Below are positions 37,426 through 47,200 of a stretch of 64,000 bases of DNA, one piece after another (positions within the stretch are counted from its first letter, which is position 1; each line of letters starts with the position of its first letter). A program made the translations under genes and the position numbers. The stretch covers positions 1 to 64,000 of the forward strand of contig JAYZQJ010000155.1 of the NCBI GenBank assembly GCA_036149055.1, read 5' to 3'. Source of the stretch: Myxococcota bacterium. GTDB lineage: Bacteria > Myxococcota_A > Polyangia > Polyangiales > Sandaracinaceae. The notes beneath the pieces are model-generated. The model worked only from the letters and a program-made list of their open reading frames with translations. It had not been told where the DNA came from and ran no database searches.

Positions 37426-38091
37426 TCAACGATCGCCGATGAGGTGACGTCCCTCGGCGAGCGCGCGAATCGCTGGCGAAGACGTCCCACCGGCGCGCAC
37501 GAGCGCTCGGATTACGTCGCCGTGAATCCGCATGACCGCCCCGTCTCCTCCGCCCAGCACCGCGTCGGGATCCGCGCCCCACTCCAGCAGTCGAGTCACC
37601 AGGGCGCGCTCGGCGTAGAAGCTCGCCTGCCGCAGGAGCGCGTCCAGCACGGGCTGGGGCGTCGACCGGTTCAGCGCGTCCCTCAGCGAGCCATACCGAC
37701 GGTACACGTCGTACAGGCCGAGGGCGGCGGTCTCGGGCCGCTCGTGCTCGAGCGCGACCGGGAGCAGACGGCGGACCGCCTCCAGGCTCGGCGCCATCGA
37801 GAGGATGGAGCGACGGTGGCGCCGCAGGATCCGACGAGAGAGCCACCCGACGCGCGGCGAGAGGGCGAGCGCGCGAGCCCGCTCGAAGTCGCCGCGCTCC
37901 GCCGCGCGCGCCAGCCGCCACACCCACACCGCATCCCTCACTTGGACGCTCCGCGGCTCGCTCTCGCGCTCATGACCCGCGGAACCTGCGCATCGTGGTG
38001 TGGGCGCGCAATGCCGGGAGGGCACGCCCAGCGCGCTCGTCGTGCTCATCGGCGACAACAATGTCAGAGCGCAGGACGCGTTCGCGCCCAC
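37426..38091 (-). CDS. Hypothetical protein, possibly ankyrin-like (start uncertain, probably shorter)
   Basis: AAERGD..., RLLEWGADPD, ALVRAGG. Confidence 0.45.
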   Translation of the reverse strand: MGANASCALTLLSPMSTTSALGVPSRHCAPTPRCAGSAGHERESEPRSVQVRDAVWVWRLARAAERGDFERARALALSPRVGWLSRRILRRHRRSILSMAPSLEAVRRLLPVALEHERPETAALGLYDVYRRYGSLRDALNRSTPQPVLDALLRQASFYAERALVTRLLEWGADPDAVLGGGDGAVMRIHGDVIRALVRAGGTSSPAIRALAEGRHLIGDR

Positions 38092-38510
38092 TCGGCGGAG
38101 GGGCTCACCGCCTCCGGGTCCCGGGGGTCGATGGCGACGGTGACGCGCTGCTCGGGCGCGACCTTCGGGAGCGCGAGGGTCTGCACCTCCCAGACGACAC
38201 GCACGCGGTACGGAGCCTCATCGGGCGCCGAGACCTCGAGCGTGAGGTCGACGTCTCGGTAGCGACCGAAGTCGCCTGCGTCCATGAGCTCACGGTCGCC
38301 CCGCGGCGACGCGAGGATCACCTTCGCGTCTCGCAGGAACCCATGGGAGCGCCGGCGAGCGTCCTCCGCGCGAGCGTCTGCCTCGGCCGTCTGCCGCTTC
38401 GTCGCGCCGCGAAAGACCTGGCTCCAGAGGATGTAACCGAACAGCAAGAGCAACCCGACCGGAACGCAGAGCAGGAGCAACGTGAAGAGGAGCGTCTCCG
38501 ATTCGCTCAT
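38064..38510 (-). CDS. Membrane-anchored DUF3592-like OB-fold protein
   Basis: N-terminal TM; LTLEVSAPDEAPYRV...VTVAIDPRDPEAV. Confidence 0.7.
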   Translation of the reverse strand: MSESETLLFTLLLLCVPVGLLLLFGYILWSQVFRGATKRQTAEADARAEDARRRSHGFLRDAKVILASPRGDRELMDAGDFGRYRDVDLTLEVSAPDEAPYRVRVVWEVQTLALPKVAPEQRVTVAIDPRDPEAVSPSAEWARTRPAL

Positions 38511-38570
38511 GTCGCCTCCTCGCTGGGTCCGCGTCGAGCGGGCGTAGCGCGCTGGCAGCGAGGCCCCACC

Positions 38571-40031
38571 TCAGCGCACTCCGCTGGCGAGCTGCCGGTC
38601 GAGCTCGGCGAGGCGACCGCGTAGCTCTCTCGCTCGTGGACGATCGCGGAGGGCGCGACGCAGCTGCAGCAGCAACGTGAGCGCCAGCGCGAGGGGCGTG
38701 AAGACGATCTGCATGGAGAGCCCGATCCCCCAGATGCCTGCCGGGACCTCATAGCGCTCGAGCTCGGCCGCGTCGGTGGCTGCGGCGAGCCGGAGACCGC
38801 CCTCGCTCAGCGCCGACACTCGGCCAGCACGATCGCTGCAGAACACGTCGAGGTGACTGTTCTCCGCCCCGTTCACGTTGCTCCTCCAGCTCGCGATCCG
38901 GTAGGGACCGGTGCAGTCGTTGCACACCAGCGGGCACACGAGCGCGGCGTGGGCGCCGAAGAGCGGCCCGGTCTGGACGAGCCCGGTCAGCAAGCATGTC
39001 CAGACGGTCCCGAGCAGAAACGCGAGCGCCCCGGTGCCGAGCACCACGGCCGTCAGCCTCTGGCTCGCGCGCGGCTCGACGCGCTGGAGCTGGGAGACGA
39101 CGCCCCGGCGCAGCGCCTCGAGGTGCTCCCGATGCGCAGCCGCGCGGTGCCCCTCCGCTCGCTGGCGGGCCGCCTCGAACGACCGACCACAGAGCGTCAG
39201 CGGACGGTGCGACAGCACCGCGTGTTGCACGACGGGGAGGCCGAGGCGCTCGACCAAGAGCGACATCTCGCTCGTGGCGTCCGCCTCCCGGCCCAGGCGC
39301 TCGAGCGCGTCCAGGCGGAGGAGGGTGCAGGCGAGCTCGTCGCGATCGAAGAGCGGCACGTCGGCCGGGCGGAAGCCGAGGGCCTCGACTACGCGCTGCG
39401 GCTCACCTCGGGCCGCGGCGATCGTCGCCGTCGCGAGACGGTAGGCGGTGTCCTGCTCCAGGTCGGTGGGGCGTGGATTGACGGCCTCGAGCCACGCCTC
39501 CGCGGCGTCGACGTCGCCCACGCGCGCGGCCTCCCTCGCGAGCTTGCAGCGCAGCACGTGGCGGTGCCCCGCGTCGGGCAGGAGCTCCACCGCGGTCTCG
39601 AGCGCGGCCCGGCGACGACGCTCGTCGAGGTGCGGAGCCAGCAGCACCGTGAGGTGAAAGAACCGCTCGCAGACCGGAAACGACGGTGTGATCGCCATCT
39701 CCGCCCTGGTCTGTCGCCAGAGCTCGTCGGCCGCCTCGGCGCGCTCCGAGGGCAGCGCTCCGTTCACGACCCACGCCGCGAGCCCGCCGGGCGACGGCGC
39801 CCCCTGCGCGTCCTGCTGCCGTAATCGCGCGTAGCGCTCGGACTCGCTCGGCGCCGAGCTCCGAGCCTCGGCCGCGGCGGTCCGGTCGGCCGCTTCGTCT
39901 CTGCGCTGGAGCTGGGAGACGGCGCCGCAGTAGCCGCAGGTGAACGAGCCTCCCTCGGGCTGCGCCTCGAGCAGGGCACCGCAGTTTGCGCATGTCAGGA
40001 TGCGAAGCGTATGTGAGTAGAGCGTAGTCAC
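38571..40031 (-). CDS. Zn-ribbon + TPR-like helical protein with two C-terminal TM segments
   Basis: CANCG and CGYCG motifs; helical repeats; two TMs flanking a CPLVC..C loop. Confidence 0.75.
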   Translation of the reverse strand: MTTLYSHTLRILTCANCGALLEAQPEGGSFTCGYCGAVSQLQRRDEAADRTAAAEARSSAPSESERYARLRQQDAQGAPSPGGLAAWVVNGALPSERAEAADELWRQTRAEMAITPSFPVCERFFHLTVLLAPHLDERRRRAALETAVELLPDAGHRHVLRCKLAREAARVGDVDAAEAWLEAVNPRPTDLEQDTAYRLATATIAAARGEPQRVVEALGFRPADVPLFDRDELACTLLRLDALERLGREADATSEMSLLVERLGLPVVQHAVLSHRPLTLCGRSFEAARQRAEGHRAAAHREHLEALRRGVVSQLQRVEPRASQRLTAVVLGTGALAFLLGTVWTCLLTGLVQTGPLFGAHAALVCPLVCNDCTGPYRIASWRSNVNGAENSHLDVFCSDRAGRVSALSEGGLRLAAATDAAELERYEVPAGIWGIGLSMQIVFTPLALALTLLLQLRRALRDRPRARELRGRLAELDRQLASGVR

Positions 40032-40041
40032 GCCAGCCGCC

Positions 40042-40497
40042 TCACTCCCCGCCGAGCGGCGTCCGCTCCCAGTCGACGACCGCCGTCTCGGGGCGCCCGG
40101 GCGCGTGTCGCAGAGCGATCTGCAGTCCTTCCCGGAGAGCGCCCACTCGATGGGAGGGCACGAACTCGGTGAGCGTCACGCGTTGCCCGCCCTCGATCTT
40201 CACCACGAGGCGGACCGACGAAGTCGGGTTGGTCTCGGCTGCGCCCGGCCCCGAGACCACGCGGAGGCCGTCGAGCACGCCCATCACCGCGACACCGTCC
40301 CGCAAGAGGGCACGCCGCTTGGCTTCGTGCCGCGCCTCGTACCTCACGAGCCACCGGACGCCGACGATCATCGCGATCAGCCCCACCGCGGTGCAGGTCC
40401 ACTTCTCCGTGTCGACGTCGCACCCGACGAGCGTCATCGCCAGGAGAACGAGCGTGCCCCGCGGAGAACGCTCTCCCCAGACGCGTCCCTTCGCCAT
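40042..40497 (-). CDS. Membrane-anchored DUF3592-like protein
   Basis: TM segment, then LLRDGVAVMG...GLQIALRHAPGRPETAVVDW. Confidence 0.6.
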   Translation of the reverse strand: MAKGRVWGERSPRGTLVLLAMTLVGCDVDTEKWTCTAVGLIAMIVGVRWLVRYEARHEAKRRALLRDGVAVMGVLDGLRVVSGPGAAETNPTSSVRLVVKIEGGQRVTLTEFVPSHRVGALREGLQIALRHAPGRPETAVVDWERTPLGGE

Positions 40498-40718
40498 GCG
40501 GCGAGGCTACCACGCAACCTCGGTCGCCTACGCTGAGGCCTCGCCGCAGAACGACCTCGGATGCCCCGTCGATCGAGCGTGGTCCCCACGCGCCGGCGCG
40601 CGACACCGATCCGAGCGGATCGCGGATGAATTTCACGCTCGAGGGCGCCCTTTCGCGACCCTCGATGCCTCACGGCGATTCACGCGTTGGGCCGGGAGTA
40701 GTCGGGATACTCTGGGGC

Positions 40719-41267
40719 GTGCACGAGGAGGGCTTCGCTCCGTTCGACTTCGACGCGCCGCTCGACGTGGACGCGCGGCTCGCGGCGCTGCCGGCCGGGC
40801 GGCGGGTCCGGGGGTTCGTGTTCAACGCGGTGGCGCGCCGCCTGGGGCTCGACGAGCCGAAGCGGACGGCGTTCCGGGAGTATCCGCTGGAGGACTTCGT
40901 GCGGCTGCTCGCCCAGGCGGAGCGCGACGGGGAAGGGGCGCGACGGCTCTGCGCGGCGGGTGAGCAGATCGGGCCCGCGCTCCAGGAGTCGACGGCGGGG
41001 CGCGTGCTCTTCGCCCTCATCGGCGGCGACCTCATGCGCGCCGGGCAGTACGCCGAGCGCGCCTGGCGCCTGGGGGTCTCGTTCGGCGACCTCCGCACCA
41101 CCGAGCGACCGCCGCGCGCGTTCGACGTGTCGGTCCGCGACGTGTGGGCGTTTCACGCCTACCTCTTCGGCGCGATCAAGGGGACCTGCGAGCTGTTCGA
41201 GCCCGACGCCCGCATCCGCTACCGGTGGGTCTCGCTGAGCGCGTTCGATGTGCGCGTGGAGTGGTGA
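40719..41267 (+). CDS. TIGR02265/DUF2378 family myxobacterial protein
   Basis: RVRGFVF, AFREYP, ESTAGRVLF, FDVRVEW C-terminus. Confidence 0.78.
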   Translation: MHEEGFAPFDFDAPLDVDARLAALPAGRRVRGFVFNAVARRLGLDEPKRTAFREYPLEDFVRLLAQAERDGEGARRLCAAGEQIGPALQESTAGRVLFALIGGDLMRAGQYAERAWRLGVSFGDLRTTERPPRAFDVSVRDVWAFHAYLFGAIKGTCELFEPDARIRYRWVSLSAFDVRVEW

Positions 41268-41391
41268 GCGGTTTCCACTGGTCGCACGCGCAGGCACGGC
41301 TGCTCGCGCAGGAATACTAGAGGCGCTTCGCAGGATGCTAGAGCATCTTTGCATGACTGCATTTCCCGCTGGCTTGCAATAGTCTAGCGGG

Positions 41392-44241
41392 ATGGTGGTG
41401 CAGGAGGATCTCGGCGAGCGGCTCGCCGAGGCGGTGAGGCGGGTGCGCGCGCGGGCCGGGAGCACGGCGCCGGTCGCGGTGGTGACGCCGTCGGAGGTGA
41501 ACGGGGCGTTCGCGCGCCGGGAGCTGGCGGCGGTGACCTCGTTCATCCGGGTGTCGTTCGTCACGCCGCGGGCGCTGCATCGGGAGCTCGCTCTCCCCGG
41601 CCTGCGCGCGGAGGGCCTCCGGCCCGAGCCGCCCGGGTGGCTGCGGGCGACGGCGTGGCGCGCGCTCGATCGGCTGGACCTCGGGCCGTACGCGGAGGTG
41701 CTGCGGGAGCCGGGCTGGCTGCCGGCGCTGGCGCGGGCGGTGGAGACGCTCGAGGCGGGCGGGCTCTCGGCGGCGAGCGTGCGCGCGCTCGAGGTGGACG
41801 ACGCGGATCTGCAGGCGCGCGGCCGGATGCTGGCGGCGCTGATGGAGGCGGTCGACGACGCGCGGCGCGCCGAGCGGATCGCCGGGCCGGAGGCGGAGGC
41901 GCGCGCCGCGCGGGCCGCGATCGAGGCGGGCGCCCCGATCCCGGCGAACGTGCCGACCGGCGCGGTGCTCCTCGGAGACGCGCGCAGCACCCAGCGGGTG
42001 GCGCGCACGCTGGCGGCCTGGCTCGAACGCCGGGAGGTGGCGCGGCTCGCGCTGCCCCACGCGCCGCCGCCGGCCTGGGGTGGGCTCACCGCGGCCGCGC
42101 CGAGGGCCGAGATCGTCGAGATGACGACGCCGGCCCCGGCGATCCGCTGGATGCGGACGCCGGATCCGGTGCGGGAGACGGCGGAGATCGTGCGGCGGGT
42201 GCAGCGCGCGGTGCTCGACGGCGTGGCGCTGGACCGGATCGCGATCGTGCTGCCCGATCCGTCGGAGTCGGTGGCCCTGCGCGAGCAGCTGGAGCGCGCC
42301 GGGATCCCGGCCTCGTGGCAGACCGGCCCGGCGCTCGCGAGCACGCCGGCGGCGTCGCTCCTCCTGCACGCCCTGTCGCTGGCGGCCGGGGAGGACTCGG
42401 TGGCGGCGTGGTACGAGCTGCTGACGTGGCCGGGGCTGCGCCTCCGCCAGGCGCTCGGCCCCGACGCGGTGGCCGGCCGCGGCCGCTGGCGTCGGCTGCT
42501 GGCGCGGTGCGGCGCCTACCGGGGCGGGGCGGTGATCCAGGACGCGCTCGCCGCGTGCCGGGAGGCGCTCGGCGAGGACGACGACGCGGACCGCGCGGCG
42601 CTCGACGGGCTGATGCTGAGCCTCGACGAGCTCCGCGGTGTGACCGAGAGCTGGCGCGCGGCGCAGACGATAGGGCGCTGGGCCGACAGCTGGCTGTGGT
42701 TCGTGCGGCGCTTCGGGCGCGAGTCCTCGGACGCGCGGCAGCTCCGGCGGCTGCTCGAGGGCTGGGCGCGCAGCGATCTGGGCCCGCCGCTGTCCCTGCC
42801 CGAGGCGGCGGCGACGCTGCGGGACGCGCTGGACGTGACGCAGGTGGTGATCGGGAAGCTCAGCGACCCCTCGGTGCGCGTGCTCTCGCCGATGCAGTGC
42901 GTGGGCGCGCGCTTCGAGCTCGTCTGCGTGGCCGGGCTGAGCCAGGGCCGCTTCCCGGTCAGCCCGTCCGAGGATCCGATCCTGAGCGACCCCCTGGCCG
43001 AGGCGCTGAACGCGCGCTTCGACGCCGGGCTGTTCGTGTCGAGCGACCGGGTGGCGCTCGAGCGACGCCGGTTCGCCGCGCTCCGCTCGGCCGCTCGCGG
43101 GGAGCTGTGGCTGAGCTGCCCGCGGGTGGACATGCTGCGCGGCCGGCCGCTGCTGCCGGGCACGCTCTTGCTCGAGCTCGCCTCGGAGCTCGCGGGGGAG
43201 CGCGTGGGCTTCGAGGCGCTCGAGGCGAAGCTCCAGCCCTGCGGGCAGCGCGACCGCGCGTTCCCGACCGATCCGGACGACGCGATCGGCGCGCTGGAGC
43301 ATCTCCTCGCGCGACTCGCCACGGAAGGAGACGCCCTGTCCGGGCTCGCCGACCACGCGATCGCGGCTCGCCTGCTGCGCGCCGCCCGGGCCGCCGATCG
43401 GATCCGCGCCGGCGCGCGCGACGACTCGCTGAGGCCGTGGGCCGGGTTCGTGACCGCGCTGCCCTGCAAGGGGCTCGACGGCGAGGCGCTCGGCCCCTGG
43501 GCGCTGGAGGCGCTGCTCCGCGATCCGCTCGACTTCCTCTGCCGCTTCATGCTCGGCGCCCGGCGCCCTCCCCGGCTGCGTGAGGACTGGGACCCGGTGA
43601 GCCAGTGGAACGTGCGCCGCATCGTGCGCGACGAGGCGCACCGGCTGCTGACGAACGGCGGCCTCGCGCCGGACGGGCTGCTCACCGCGTTCGAGCGGAC
43701 GGCCTCGGAGGAGCTCCGTCGCGCCGGCGCGCTCGACGACACCACGCTCGGGCGGCTGCGGCGCATGGGACAGCGCATGGCGCGGCTCCTGGTGCGCGCC
43801 GAGCCGCTCGCCGGGCCGACGCCCCCCGTGGAGGCGCTGACGCTGCGCCGGGACTTGCCGTGGGCGGTGGACGGGAGCGACGCGCGGCAGAACGGCGCGG
43901 GCCTCGAGTGGCTGCTCCACGAGTCGCCGAAGCGCGTCAAGGATCGCGACCTCCTGTATGGCGCGTTCGCGCAGGCGGTGGCGCTGCACGCGAGCGGGCG
44001 TGAGGTCGCCGAGGCGCGCTGGGTGACGGTCGAAGGGGAGCACTGGACGCGTGAGCTCCCCGAGGTGGAGGCGCTGCTGCACGAGCGGCTGGAGGCGGTG
44101 ACGCCGATGGTCGAGGGCGGCGCGTTCTTCGGCGCCGGGCCGACGCGGCGGCGGAGGTACGGGGTCGGGCCGGCGCTCGAGATCGACGCGCAGCCGCGGA
44201 GCGAGGACCCGGTCGAGGAGTGGAGCCAATGGGTCGAATGA
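41392..44241 (+). CDS. AddB-like inactive helicase subunit with degenerate nuclease domain
   Basis: DPVRETAEIVRRV, IAIVLPD, VRVLS...GARFELVCVAGLSQGRFP, ARGELWLSCPR; lacks the DYK nuclease motif and Fe-S Cys. Confidence 0.75.
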   Translation: MVVQEDLGERLAEAVRRVRARAGSTAPVAVVTPSEVNGAFARRELAAVTSFIRVSFVTPRALHRELALPGLRAEGLRPEPPGWLRATAWRALDRLDLGPYAEVLREPGWLPALARAVETLEAGGLSAASVRALEVDDADLQARGRMLAALMEAVDDARRAERIAGPEAEARAARAAIEAGAPIPANVPTGAVLLGDARSTQRVARTLAAWLERREVARLALPHAPPPAWGGLTAAAPRAEIVEMTTPAPAIRWMRTPDPVRETAEIVRRVQRAVLDGVALDRIAIVLPDPSESVALREQLERAGIPASWQTGPALASTPAASLLLHALSLAAGEDSVAAWYELLTWPGLRLRQALGPDAVAGRGRWRRLLARCGAYRGGAVIQDALAACREALGEDDDADRAALDGLMLSLDELRGVTESWRAAQTIGRWADSWLWFVRRFGRESSDARQLRRLLEGWARSDLGPPLSLPEAAATLRDALDVTQVVIGKLSDPSVRVLSPMQCVGARFELVCVAGLSQGRFPVSPSEDPILSDPLAEALNARFDAGLFVSSDRVALERRRFAALRSAARGELWLSCPRVDMLRGRPLLPGTLLLELASELAGERVGFEALEAKLQPCGQRDRAFPTDPDDAIGALEHLLARLATEGDALSGLADHAIAARLLRAARAADRIRAGARDDSLRPWAGFVTALPCKGLDGEALGPWALEALLRDPLDFLCRFMLGARRPPRLREDWDPVSQWNVRRIVRDEAHRLLTNGGLAPDGLLTAFERTASEELRRAGALDDTTLGRLRRMGQRMARLLVRAEPLAGPTPPVEALTLRRDLPWAVDGSDARQNGAGLEWLLHESPKRVKDRDLLYGAFAQAVALHASGREVAEARWVTVEGEHWTRELPEVEALLHERLEAVTPMVEGGAFFGAGPTRRRRYGVGPALEIDAQPRSEDPVEEWSQWVE

Positions 44242-47200
44242 CGGCGGTGGATCAGGCGGTCCGGGACGAGGTCACGCGGGCGATTGGGGCGTCGATCGCG
44301 CTGAGCGCGGGCGCCGGCTCGGGCAAGACCTCGGTGCTGACCGAGCGGCTGGTGAACGTGCTGGCGGCGGGCGTGGAGCCGAGCCGGGTGGCCGCGATCA
44401 CCTTCACCGAGAAGGCGGCCGGCGAGCTGCAGCGCCGGGTGCGCGACGCGCTGGAGCGGCGGCTGGCGGAGACCGGCGACGACGTCATCGCCCGGCAGCT
44501 GGACCGCTACCACGAGCTGACCCTCTCCACGATCCACAGCTTCTGTCGTCAGCTCCTCGCGCTCGAGCCGCTCGCGTCCCGCTGGGCGCCGGGCACCGAG
44601 ATCGTCGAGCTCGAGAGCGTCGGGATCGCGCGGGGGCTGCGACGGTGGCGCACGGAGACCGCGGAGGCGCACCCGCTGCTCCTCGGCCTGATCGATCTGA
44701 CGGGCTCGGACCGGGCGCTGCATGCCGCGGCGCAGTCGCTGGTGGCCTACCGCGATCTCGCGCCCCGCGTCGGCCGGGAGGCGCTGGACTTCGAGGTGGC
44801 CCACGCGGAGCTGGTGGCGGTGCGCGACGCGCTCGAAGCGGCGGCCGCGGCCTGCACCCACCCGGACGGCGACAAGCTCCTGGCGAACAACGTCGACTTC
44901 CGGGCGCGGCTCGCGACCTGGGTCGAGCTCGGCGCGCCCGAGGGCACCCTGGCCGCGCTCGTGTCGGACGCCAAGGGCGGTCGAGCCGGCGGCCGCAAGG
45001 GGGACTGGCCGGGCGACTCGAAGGAGGTCTTCAAGGAGGCGGCGGTCGCCATCGAGGGGTGGCGAGAGCGCTGCCGCGAGCGCGCGCACCGGACGCTCGT
45101 GACCTCGCTCCGGGAGCACGTGATCCAGGCCACGGCCGAGGTGCGCGCCGAGCGGGCGCAGGCGAGCTTCTCGGACCTCCTGTTCCGCGCGGCGGAGCTG
45201 CTCGCGCGCGACCCCGCGGCCCGCGCCCGGCTCGCCGACCGCTTCGACGCGGTGCTGATCGACGAGGTGCAGGACACCGACCCGATCCAGGCGGAGATCG
45301 CGGCCCTGCTCGCGCGGGCGCCGAGCGCCGAGGGTGCGTGGCTCTCGGCGGCGCCGCGCCCGGGCCGGCTCTTCGCGGTGGGCGACCCCAAGCAGTCGAT
45401 CTACCGCTTCCGCCGCGCCGACGTGACGGTCTGGCGGGACCTCGAGGGGCTCATCGCCGGGAGCGGGACCGAGCCGAAGGCGCTGACCCAGAACTTCCGC
45501 TCGGTGCCCGGCGTGGTCGCGTGGACGAGCCACGTGTTCGCCGAGATGCCGGGCTTCGCCCCGCAGGTGGCCGCGCGTGGGCCCGCCTCGCTCGACCCGG
45601 TGGTGGTCGTGGAGACGACGGCGGAGGAGGAATTCGATCACGCGATCCGCCACCTCCTCGACCTGAAGCGCTCGGGCGCGCGGGTGCTCGACCCGGAGCG
45701 CGGCGAGGCGCGGCCGATGCGCTGGGGCGACGTGATGATCCTGCTGCCGCGCTGGTCGCGGGTGTCGGCGCTGGTGTCGCGGCTGGAGCGCGCCGGGATC
45801 GACGCGGTGGTGGAGGGCGGCGGCACGTTCTTCGAGGGCGAGGAGGTGCGCCTCTCGGTCAGCGCGCTGCGAGCGATGAGCGAGCCCGCCGACACCGAGG
45901 CGGTGGTGCACGTGCTGCGCGGCCTCTTCGGGTTCACCTGGGACGCGCTGGCCGCGCACGTCGCGGCGGGCGGGAGCTTCCGCATGACGGTGCCCGAGCA
46001 GCCGCCCGGCTCGGTGAGCGACGCGCTCGAGACCTTGCGCGACCTGCGCATGAGCCGAGTGGACTCCTGGGTGCCGCCGCTGGACCGGCTCCTCGAGCAC
46101 ACGCGGGCGCCGGCGGTGTGGTCGCTGCGCCCGGACGGCCGCGCGCGGCTCGCCAACCTCGACAAGCTCCGCGCCATCGTGCGCCGCCTCGAGCTCGAGA
46201 GCCGATCGGCGTCGCAGGTCATCACGCTGCTCGAGGAGATGCAGCAGCGCGAGGACGAGGACGATCTGTCGCGCGCCGACCCGAGCTCGGACGCGGTGCT
46301 CATCACGACCGTCTACAAGGCCAAAGGCCTCGAGGCGCCGATCGTCGCGCTGCTCGACATGGATCGAAAGGCGCGCGTCCGGGACGCCATCGCGCATCGC
46401 CGCGAGCAGGAGGTGAGCGTGAAGGTCGGCGCCTTCGCGCCGCCGGGCTGGGAGCGCGCCAAGCAGGACGAGCTCCTGGCGCTCACCGACGAGCAGCGGC
46501 GCCTGCTCTACGTCGCGTGCACGCGCGCCCGCGATCAGCTCGTCATCCTCCGGCACGACGGCGCGAGCCTGCTGTCGCACCTCGAGGGCGGCTGGGATCC
46601 CGAGGCGCTGGAGCACGAGACGAAGCAGACCCTGGCGGAGGGGGTCGAGGTGCGGGTGCGGCGCGGCGAGGCGCTGGCGGCGGTCGTCTACACCGCCGAG
46701 ACGTTCCCCGGCCGGGACCGCGCGGTAGACGCGCTGCTCGAGGCGCCCGCGGGGCGCGGCGACCCGGCGATGGAGGCGCGCGAGCGAGCGCTCCGGGAGG
46801 CGGCGCGAGCGTCGGCGCGGCGCTGTCGGCGCACCCGCAGCGTGGGGGAGGTGGTCAGCCGTCACCGCGCGCCGACCGTCGGCTCGGGCCTGGGCGCGGA
46901 GGGGGGCCTGGTCGTGCACCGGGCGCTCGAGCAGCTCGAGTGGACGCGCGACGTGGAGGCCGAGATCGGTCCGCTGGTCGAAGCTCTCGCGCTCGAGCTG
47001 GGCGCGGACGCGTACACGACCGAGCGCTGCGCGGAGGTCGTCCGCAGCATCCTCGCCCACCCGGTGATGGAGCGGGCGCGGCGGGCCCCCGAGCGCTGGA
47101 AGGAGACGCCGTTCTCGTTCCACGAGCGCGGGCGCGCCGTCACCGGCGTCATCGATCTGTGCTTCCCGGAGGACGCGTCGCGCACCCGCTGGGTGGTGGT

